Of a DNA stretch of 64,000 nucleotides, positions 56,675 to 64,000 are shown piece after piece (position 1 is the first letter of the stretch; the number at the start of each line of letters is the position of its first letter). The translations under genes were made by a program, and so were the position numbers. The stretch lies in contig CBDBLO010000002.1 in the NCBI GenBank assembly GCA_965207075.1, positions 1,600,001-1,664,000 of the forward strand, in the 5' to 3' direction. Source of the stretch: Nitrosopumilus sp. GTDB taxonomy: Archaea > Thermoproteota > Nitrososphaeria > Nitrososphaerales > Nitrosopumilaceae. Below the pieces are notes generated by a model. The model saw only the letters and a program-made list of their open reading frames with translations, did no database searches and had not been told where the DNA came from.

Positions 56675-58055
56675 CGTGTCACAGTCCGCGCTCTCGGGGG
56701 TCGTCAGGTGCCCCCCAAGCAAGAGCTATACGCACAGGGCCATATTCCTGGCCGCCCTAGCCGATTCCGGGGGCGGAAGGGTGTCAAACGTCCTGCGCTC
56801 GGCCGATACGGACGCCACCATCGAGGCGTGCAGGAGGCTGGGCGCGTCAATTACGGTAGAAGCAGGTCACGGCAGCGACACAGAGGCAGGCACCCTTACC
56901 GTCACGGACACCATACAAAAGGCCCGCAGCCCCGGCGGCGCGGCGGGGGCAGACGGCGGCGGGGGTGGCGGCGCAGAGATCACACGGATTGACGCGGCAA
57001 ACTCCGGCACCACGATCAGGGTTGCCGCGGGGGTGGCGGCCCTGCTTGACGGGCGCGTCGAGCTCACGGGGGACTCCAGCCTCAGAACCCGCCCCATGCA
57101 GCCGCTGCTCGACGCGCTATCCGCAATGGGCGCCTCGTGCAGCTCCGCGGACGGCCGCCCCCCGCTGCACATACGCGGGCCCATACGGGGAGGCGCCGTG
57201 GAGATACCTGGAAACGTCTCAAGCCAGTTTGTCACGTCGCTGTTCCTGTGCGCGCCCAAGACGGACTCCGGGATGAGCATCACGATAACGGGGGGCATGG
57301 TCTCAAGGCCCTACCTAGAGTCCACCATCAGCGCGATGCGCGAGTTCGGCGTGTCGGTCCAGACCCAGGTGCCCTACAGGATGTACCGCATAGCGCCGCA
57401 GAGAATCAGCCCGCCTGCAGGCGGGTTTGCCGTGCCGTCTGATGCCTCCAGCCTGGCCTTGCTGCTGGCGGCCTCCGCCCTCAACGGCGGGAACGTCGCA
57501 GTCGAGGCCCAGATGGGGGCGCTCCCGCAGGGGGACGAGGCGTTCATAGACATGCTCGAGTCGATGGGGGCGTCCATAGAGATAACGGATACGGCAGGCG
57601 GCGAGACGGTGCGCGTCGGCATGCCGGACGGCGGCCTGAGGGGAGGCAAGTTTGACCTTGGAAACCACCCGGACCTGCTGCCGCCGCTTGCCATAATGGC
57701 ACTCGGATGCGGAGGCAGCATTGAGATATCCAACGTGGGGCACGCGCGCATAAAGGAGACGGACAGGATATCCATACTGGCAAGGGAGCTCCCAAAGCTC
57801 GGAGTGAACGTAGACGAGCTGGAGGATGGGCTGGTGGCAGGCGCAAGCGCGGCGGCGCCCCGGGACGGCGGCGGCGCCGGCGCCACGCACCTGAATCCGG
57901 AAAACGACCACAGGCTCTTCATGGCGCTCTGCATAGCGGCCATGCGGGCGGGCGGCGAATACGTGATATCGAACCCCGGCTCGGTCTCCGTGTCATATCC
58001 CGGATTCATAAGGGACATGGTGGCGCTGGGCGCCCGCATAACGGACGCCGCGTGA
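56661..58055 (+). CDS. aroA: EPSP synthase
   Basis: PPSKSYTHR, NSGTTIR, SSQF, RIKETDR, DHR, SYPGF. Confidence 0.95.
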   Translation: MTHCSVSQSALSGVVRCPPSKSYTHRAIFLAALADSGGGRVSNVLRSADTDATIEACRRLGASITVEAGHGSDTEAGTLTVTDTIQKARSPGGAAGADGGGGGGAEITRIDAANSGTTIRVAAGVAALLDGRVELTGDSSLRTRPMQPLLDALSAMGASCSSADGRPPLHIRGPIRGGAVEIPGNVSSQFVTSLFLCAPKTDSGMSITITGGMVSRPYLESTISAMREFGVSVQTQVPYRMYRIAPQRISPPAGGFAVPSDASSLALLLAASALNGGNVAVEAQMGALPQGDEAFIDMLESMGASIEITDTAGGETVRVGMPDGGLRGGKFDLGNHPDLLPPLAIMALGCGGSIEISNVGHARIKETDRISILARELPKLGVNVDELEDGLVAGASAAAPRDGGGAGATHLNPENDHRLFMALCIAAMRAGGEYVISNPGSVSVSYPGFIRDMVALGARITDAA

Positions 58056-58199
58056 GCGCGGCGCCTGCTCCTTAGTATGACGACATATTGCGCAGCAGGT
58101 CCGCGGGGACAGTACGGCGGCGGCAGAGTCAAGAGGTACGGCCCCGACTGTCGCCCCGCAATTATTAGGAATTATAAGCACGTGCACAATACCACATGC

Positions 58200-59345
58200 G
58201 TGTCCCGAAACAGTATGGGCCAGAGACTCGTACTTACAAGCTTCGGCGAGAGCCACGGCCAGCAGATTGGCGCCACGCTTGACGGGTGCCCGGCGGGACT
58301 GGAACTCGCAGAGGACGACATACAGCCCATGCTGGACTGGAGGAGTCCCGGACAGAGCGCCATTACGACGCAGCGCGCGGAGAAGGACAGGGCCGAGATC
58401 ATCTCAGGCACGTACCGCGGGCGCACGACGGGCGCGCCCATTACGATAATCATGAAAAACTCCGACCAGCGCTCAGGGGACTATGAGAGCATGCAGATCA
58501 AGCCGAGGCCGGGACACGCAGACTACACGGCCATGGTAAAGTACGGCCGCTTCAACGACTACAGGGGCGGCGGCAGGTTCTCCGGCAGGCTGACTGCCAC
58601 GCACGTGATGGGGGGCGCGATTGCAAGAAAGCTTCTCAGGGAGTCGCTGGGCGTCGAGACCTGCTCCTACGTGCAGCAGATAGGGAGCGTCACAATGGGC
58701 GGCCAGGCCGGAGGGGCGGCCGCGCGCAGCGGCCCCGAGCGCTGCTACGACCAGTCACAGATATACGGAAGCGAGGCAAGGTGCCCGGACCCGGAGGCGG
58801 CAGAGGCCATGAGTAAGTCCATACTGGACGTGAAGAAGAAGGGCAACTCGCTTGGCGGCGTCATAAGGTCGGTTACAACAGGCATCCCCGTGGGACTCGG
58901 CGAGCCCGTCTTCGGCTCGCTCGAGTCCGACCTCAGCGCGGCCATGTTCTCCATCCCGTCGGTAAAGGGCGTCGAGTTCGGATCCGGGTTTGCCGGCTCC
59001 AACACCTATGGCTCCGAGAACAACGACGCGTACTACGTGACGGAGGGCGGGGACGGGACGAAGAGGGTCGTCACCCACACGAACAACTCAGGCGGCATAC
59101 TGGGCGGCATATCAAACGGCATGCCCATAACGATGCGCGTGGCCTTCAAGCCCACGTCGTCCATACCGCAGAGCCAGCCCACGGTAAACGTCGACACCAT
59201 GAGCAACGACACCCTGCGCGTGGTGGGCAGGCACGACCCGTGCGTGGTGCCCCGGGCGCCGCCCGTGGTCGACGCGCTGGTCTCGCTTGTGGTCGCAGAC
59301 CACGCGCTGGTATCAAGACACATCAAGCCGGTGCTAGAAAAATGA
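58200..59345 (+). CDS. aroC: Chorismate synthase
   Basis: FGESHG, RPGHAD, GGRFSGR, GGILGGIS, FKPTSS, RHDPC. Confidence 0.95.
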   Translation: MSRNSMGQRLVLTSFGESHGQQIGATLDGCPAGLELAEDDIQPMLDWRSPGQSAITTQRAEKDRAEIISGTYRGRTTGAPITIIMKNSDQRSGDYESMQIKPRPGHADYTAMVKYGRFNDYRGGGRFSGRLTATHVMGGAIARKLLRESLGVETCSYVQQIGSVTMGGQAGGAAARSGPERCYDQSQIYGSEARCPDPEAAEAMSKSILDVKKKGNSLGGVIRSVTTGIPVGLGEPVFGSLESDLSAAMFSIPSVKGVEFGSGFAGSNTYGSENNDAYYVTEGGDGTKRVVTHTNNSGGILGGISNGMPITMRVAFKPTSSIPQSQPTVNVDTMSNDTLRVVGRHDPCVVPRAPPVVDALVSLVVADHALVSRHIKPVLEK

Positions 59346-60772
59346 CAGAAGACGAGCTGGGCGAGCTGCGCGAGGAGATCGGCCGCGTCACGGTCGAGAT
59401 GGCCAAGCTCTTCGTCAGGAGGGCCCAGATTTCATCTGACATAGGCAGGGCCAAAAAAGGGCTCGGCATGGGGATCACCGACGAGTCCAGGGAAGAGCAG
59501 CTCCGCGGCGCCGTGCTTGACGCGTGCAGGAAAGAGTTCGGGGGCAGCGCGGGGGATCCGGCGCCGCAAGAGGCCGCGGTATCCAGGTTCCTGAACTTTC
59601 TGCTCGACGAGTCCACGACGATACAGTCGCAGCACCGCGGAGACGGGAAGGGCAGGCCCACGCACCTGTCCGTATTCCAGGCCGCAAAGAGGCTGGAGGA
59701 AGAGGAGGGCAAGCAGATAATCCACATGGAGGTGGGCGAGCCGGACTATATGCCGCCAGACTCGGTGGCGACCGCGCTCTCCGAGTCGTACGGCAGGGGG
59801 CACATCAGGTACGAGGGCCCCAGGGGGGTGCCGGCGCTCCTAGACGCCCTTGCCGAGTACGGCTCCAAGAGGTTTGGCGCCAGCATCGGGCCGGGCAACA
59901 TAGCGGTCACCCCGGGAGGCCGCTTTGCGGTGTTCGCCGCCATGTCCGCGCTTTTGGGCCCCGGCGACGAGGTCATAACGGTGGAGCCCGCATGGCCCGC
60001 GTACAGGGACTGCGCCGCGCACGTGGGGGCCAGGGTGCGCGCCGTGCAGGCCTCGCTTGAGGAGGCGTGGATGCCCTCAGTCCAGGACATACAGGATGCA
60101 GTGAGCCCCAGCACCAAGATGGTGATACTGAACTATCCAAACAACCCCACCGGCGCGGTCCTGCGGCCGGACATAATGGACGGCATAATGGAGATTGCGT
60201 CGGACCGCGGCATCTACGTACTAGGGGACGAGATATACTCAGAGTACGTCAGCGGGGCCAAGCCGTGGAGGAGCGTCGCGTCATACGGGTACCAGAACGC
60301 CATCGCGGTCCAGTCCTTTTCAAAGTCGCACGCCATGACGGGGCTCCGCATCGGGTATGCAATGGCAGACGGGCACGTAGTCGACGGGATTGCGTCGCTC
60401 CTGTCGCTGTGCATGACAAGCGTCCCTGCTCCCGTGCAGCGCGCGGCGCTGTCCGCCGTCGGCCAGGACGTGTCAGGCAACGCCCGCACCATATCGGAGA
60501 GGCTCGGCGTCCTTGCGTCCGAGGCCCGCAAGATGGGCATGGAGTACGCGGAGCCGGAGGGCGCCATGTACCTGTTTGCGCGGGTCGGCACGGACGGGGC
60601 GCGCCTTGCAGAACGGCTGCTCTCCGAGCACGGGGTCGCCGTGGCTCCCGGCTCGGGGTTCGGCGAGAACTACCGGGACTACATCAGGATATCGGCCGCA
60701 CGCGAGGACACAAACAGACTAATTGAAGGAATGAATAGATTAAAGAGCATGCTAGACGGAGGTCACACGTAA
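59342..60772 (+). CDS. Chorismate mutase (AroQ-like) fused to a class I/II PLP aminotransferase
   Basis: N-terminal LREEI..R..IG.AK..I.D.SRE; then GEPD, PNNPTG, DEIY, SFSK..MTGLRIG. Confidence 0.87.
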   Translation: MTEDELGELREEIGRVTVEMAKLFVRRAQISSDIGRAKKGLGMGITDESREEQLRGAVLDACRKEFGGSAGDPAPQEAAVSRFLNFLLDESTTIQSQHRGDGKGRPTHLSVFQAAKRLEEEEGKQIIHMEVGEPDYMPPDSVATALSESYGRGHIRYEGPRGVPALLDALAEYGSKRFGASIGPGNIAVTPGGRFAVFAAMSALLGPGDEVITVEPAWPAYRDCAAHVGARVRAVQASLEEAWMPSVQDIQDAVSPSTKMVILNYPNNPTGAVLRPDIMDGIMEIASDRGIYVLGDEIYSEYVSGAKPWRSVASYGYQNAIAVQSFSKSHAMTGLRIGYAMADGHVVDGIASLLSLCMTSVPAPVQRAALSAVGQDVSGNARTISERLGVLASEARKMGMEYAEPEGAMYLFARVGTDGARLAERLLSEHGVAVAPGSGFGENYRDYIRISAAREDTNRLIEGMNRLKSMLDGGHT

Positions 60773-61644
60773 TGGCGGCGGCAAGGAGGAAGAACAGGCG
60801 CCTGACGGTGATAGGGGCCGGGGGCCAGATGGGCAGCTGGTTTGCAAAGTACTTTCTTGACCAGGGCTTTGTCGTGACCGGATACGACTCGGAGAAGGAC
60901 GTCACCGTCAAGGGCATAGAGACGACACAGTCGCTTGTCTCCGGCGTGCTGAGCACGGACTACGTGGTGCTGTGCACCCCTACCAGAAGGACGCCGGAGA
61001 TCATAAGGCTGATTGCAAAGGAGATGCCAAAGGGCACCTACCTGATAGAGATATCCTCTGAAAAGTCAAAGGTGGTCTCATCACTCTCAAAGATGCCAGC
61101 CAAGGTCAACCCCATATGCATACACCCCATGTTCGGGCCCGGGATCCGCACCATAAAGGGGCAGAACATCATATCTGTCCCGATACGGGACGCCAAGAAG
61201 GAGCTTACCGTGATAAAGTCGCTGTTTGCCGGCGCGAACTTTGTCACGATAGACGCCGCAGAGCACGACAAAAAGATAGCCGTCATACTGGGCCTCACGC
61301 ACCTGCTCAACCTGGTCTTTGCAAACATCATATCAAAGGACGAAAAGGTGCTGCTGACAGAAAAGATGTCGGGCACCACGTTCCGGCTGCAAAAGACGCT
61401 TGCCGAGAGCATAATGACGGAGTCCCCGGAGCTCATCGAGACCATCATTGCAAACCCCGAGATCAGGAGGGTGGCCGAAGAGTTCTGGAAGGACATAGGC
61501 AGGCTGCTGACCGCAGTGCAGGAGTCAAAGACCGACGAAGTAATAGGATACATCACCGACTGCCAGGACCGCCTGGCGGAGCACACTGACATCAGGGAGT
61601 CGTACAAGAGAATGACAAAGATGGTAAAGGTAGTTGAAAAGTAG
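60772..61644 (+). CDS. tyrA: Prephenate/arogenate dehydrogenase
   Basis: IGAGGQMG, HPMFGP, EHD..LTH. Confidence 0.88.
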   Translation: MAAARRKNRRLTVIGAGGQMGSWFAKYFLDQGFVVTGYDSEKDVTVKGIETTQSLVSGVLSTDYVVLCTPTRRTPEIIRLIAKEMPKGTYLIEISSEKSKVVSSLSKMPAKVNPICIHPMFGPGIRTIKGQNIISVPIRDAKKELTVIKSLFAGANFVTIDAAEHDKKIAVILGLTHLLNLVFANIISKDEKVLLTEKMSGTTFRLQKTLAESIMTESPELIETIIANPEIRRVAEEFWKDIGRLLTAVQESKTDEVIGYITDCQDRLAEHTDIRESYKRMTKMVKVVEK

Positions 61645-62278
61645 CGCCGGGGATGCCGGCAGCAGAGTTATCAGAAAGGGAACAGAAAGGTGTGGCCGCG
61701 GCAGCGGGGGCGGCGAGAGTCATAATAGTGGCGGAGGCGGCAGCAGCCGCGGCAACGGCCGCAGCCGCAACATGTCGGCCGACAGAACCGCCAAAGGCAG
61801 AAGATACAGAAAGGAGAACGGCACGCGAGGCGCCGGCCGTCCGCCTGCCGCAGACGGCAACATGGCAGTGCGCACCACCGGCATAGTGACCGCGTTCGTG
61901 CGGGATGTCAGAACCGACAAGGTCCTGCTCCTGAGGCGCAGCAACAGGGTGAGGACCATGCGCGGCAAGTGGTCCGGGGTCAGCGGGATCATAGAGGGCA
62001 ACGAAAAACCCCTGAACCGCGCAAAGACGGAGATATTCGAGGAGGCGGGCATTACCAAAAGCAAGATCAGGCTGATAAGAAGCGCTGACGGCATACGGAT
62101 AAAGTCGCCGCAGTACAGGAACCACGAATGGGTCGTGTCGGCGTTCCTGTTTGAGGCCGACAGTCCTTCCGTAAGGCTCAACTGGGAGAACTCGGACTAC
62201 AGGTGGGTGAGGATATCAGAGATGGGCAAGTACGAGACCGTCCCCGACCTTTACAGGGTGATGTCCTGCCTGATATGA
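61634..62278 (+). CDS. NUDIX hydrolase
   Basis: G.IEGNE.P..RA..EIFEEAG Nudix box and LNWEN; the start may be downstream (61772 or 61862). Confidence 0.85.
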   Translation: MKSSAGDAGSRVIRKGTERCGRGSGGGESHNSGGGGSSRGNGRSRNMSADRTAKGRRYRKENGTRGAGRPPAADGNMAVRTTGIVTAFVRDVRTDKVLLLRRSNRVRTMRGKWSGVSGIIEGNEKPLNRAKTEIFEEAGITKSKIRLIRSADGIRIKSPQYRNHEWVVSAFLFEADSPSVRLNWENSDYRWVRISEMGKYETVPDLYRVMSCLI

Positions 62279-62454
62279 AGACAGGCGCGCAGATCAAACC
62301 GGCGATACCGATCTGTCATTGCGGGCTCGGGGCTCAGTAGCCTGCCCCAGCCACGCACAAGACTGGTGGCATAACCCGCCCGGAATGAACGTGCTCTGGA
62401 TCACGTCCGCATCCAGAGGCCCTTTCAAGATGATCCCGGGTGTCAGAACGGGCG

Positions 62455-63828
62455 CTATGATGGCAGGGTCGTGGCCGCGGCCGTGTTGCGGATCTCGGGT
62501 TTTGCGGATCCGCCGTCGCCGCTGTCGCCGTACTTTTTCTGCTGCGGCAGCATCATGTACACGCACGCCCCGCCGCACATCGTGCACGGCACGTTGTTTC
62601 CCGGGTGCTGCCCGGTCCTGCCGTGTATGCGCGCTGCCTCCTCGGGGTCGATTGAGAGCGCAATCTGCCGCTCCCAGTCAAGTGTGCGGCGGGCCTCGGT
62701 CATCGCGGCGTCCCACTTTATGGCCTTTTCACGCAGCTTGACAAGATCGCCGGCGTGTGCGGCAATCCTGTACGCGATGAGTCCCGCCTTTACCTCCTCC
62801 TCGTTTGGCAGCGCCAGATGCTCGGACGGCGTCAGGTAGCACAGCAGGTCGACGCCCTCGCTTGCCGACACGGCGGCGCCTATGGCGCTTGCGATGTGGT
62901 CGTGTCCGGACGCCACGTCGGTTACCAACGGGCCCAGTACGTAGTACGGCACGTCCCCGATCAGCGATTTTGCAAGCCGGACGTTTGCGGCCACCTCGTT
63001 GAGGGGCACGTGTCCGGGCCCCTCCACCATCACCTGCACGTCCTGCTCGTGGGCGCGCTTCGTGAGGCGCGATATGTTGATCATCTCCTGCACCTGCAGC
63101 TCGTCGTGCGAGTCCAAAATGGAGCCGGGCCTCAGCGCGTCGCCCAGGCTGAAAGTCACGTCGTACTTTTTTGCAATCTCCACAAGATAGTCATAGTGCT
63201 CGTAATAGGGATTCTCCTTGTCGTGCTTTAGCATCCACGCGGCCGTGATGGTGCCGCCCTTGCTGACCACCCCGCCGTGCCGCCTCACCTTTAGTATGCG
63301 CTTTGCAATGTCCTTGGTGATCCCGCAGTGGACAGTGGTATAGTCCACGCCGTCCTTTGCGTTGTTCTCAAACGCGTTAAGATAGTCGTCCTCAGTCAGG
63401 TTCAGCGGGTTTTTGTGCTCCTCGACGCCATAGTTGTACGCCTCGTATATGGGAACCGTCCCAAACGTTATCGGCGCCTCCTGCAGCAGCCTGCGCCGTA
63501 TTCCCTTGACGTCCCCCCCGTCGCTCAGATCCATTATGGTGTCGGCGTGGTACTTTACTGCCACCCGCGCCTTTGCAATTTCGCCTGGCAGGTCCACGTT
63601 GAGCGTGGAGGTCCCGATGTTGACGTTGACCTTTGTCTTGAGTCCGCGCCCTATCCCGACCCGGTGCACATGGGACTTTTGCGGGCGGGCGTTGTTGGCA
63701 GGTATGATAATGGCGCCAGACGCCATCTTTGATACCAGCCAGTCGGCAGAGACGTCCTCGTCACGCGCGACCTGCCTCATCTCCTCCGTGACTACACCGC
63801 GCCTTGCAGCGGCCATCTGGGTTGACAT
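62455..63828 (-). CDS. thiC: Phosphomethylpyrimidine synthase
   Basis: KVNVNIGTS, MDLS, GTVPIY, SLGDALRPG, EGPGHVP, EHLALP, CTMCG..C. Confidence 0.96.
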   Translation of the reverse strand: MSTQMAAARRGVVTEEMRQVARDEDVSADWLVSKMASGAIIIPANNARPQKSHVHRVGIGRGLKTKVNVNIGTSTLNVDLPGEIAKARVAVKYHADTIMDLSDGGDVKGIRRRLLQEAPITFGTVPIYEAYNYGVEEHKNPLNLTEDDYLNAFENNAKDGVDYTTVHCGITKDIAKRILKVRRHGGVVSKGGTITAAWMLKHDKENPYYEHYDYLVEIAKKYDVTFSLGDALRPGSILDSHDELQVQEMINISRLTKRAHEQDVQVMVEGPGHVPLNEVAANVRLAKSLIGDVPYYVLGPLVTDVASGHDHIASAIGAAVSASEGVDLLCYLTPSEHLALPNEEEVKAGLIAYRIAAHAGDLVKLREKAIKWDAAMTEARRTLDWERQIALSIDPEEAARIHGRTGQHPGNNVPCTMCGGACVYMMLPQQKKYGDSGDGGSAKPEIRNTAAATTLPS

Positions 63829-64000
63829 GCCATGCGCACGGGACGGCCCGATTTAAGTAGTAAGGAATGGCAACCGCCGCCCCGTTTGCGGCAGGGCGTG
63901 TCCGCAAATCCGCGCTCCAAAAAGCGCACCTGCACGTCACGGCCGGGGGGGGAGGTGTAACCCTGCCGACGGGAAGGAGCGCGGCGACCTCCAGGCCTGG

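Noticed and set aside
59342-60772. Chorismate mutase-aminotransferase fusion as a novelty
   Set aside because: To my knowledge this fusion is common in thaumarchaeal aro clusters.
62290-62454. SRP RNA or RNase P RNA
   Set aside because: The conserved SRP helix-8 motif and the RNase P GAGGAAAGUCC motif are absent, and the region is too short.
63829-64000. 5' TPP riboswitch for thiC
   Set aside because: No aptamer motifs; a TTAAAT box ~25 nt upstream suggests a leaderless transcript.

Overview
A GC-rich chromosomal segment from an ammonia-oxidising archaeon (Nitrososphaerota, Nitrosopumilaceae-like). This is inferred from CdvC/CdvB, TFB, aIF1, L40e, DPSL, the Nmar_1110-type malonic semialdehyde reductase and cupredoxin content; a Cenarchaeum-like symbiont is plausible but unproven. 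Most of the window is housekeeping: cell division, citrate synthase, uvrBAC, folate and purine genes, ileS, sucCD, XPB-Bax1, an aro/tyr operon and thiC. Accessory features read directly from the sequence are: (1) an intact single-ORF IS66 element with 16-bp TIRs and an 8-bp TSD; (2) a ~2.6-kb tandem duplication carrying the rpl40e 3' end, an ABC substrate-binding protein gene and tRNA-Val, where one tRNA copy is intact with a non-canonical BHB intron and the other is decayed; (3) a decayed islet after that tRNA; and (4) the most striking feature, two different IS481-family elements stacked head-to-tail at one site and separated by three identical 15-bp direct repeats, which implies repeated site-specific insertion next to the aIF1 promoter. 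All family calls come from motif recognition; no searches were run.
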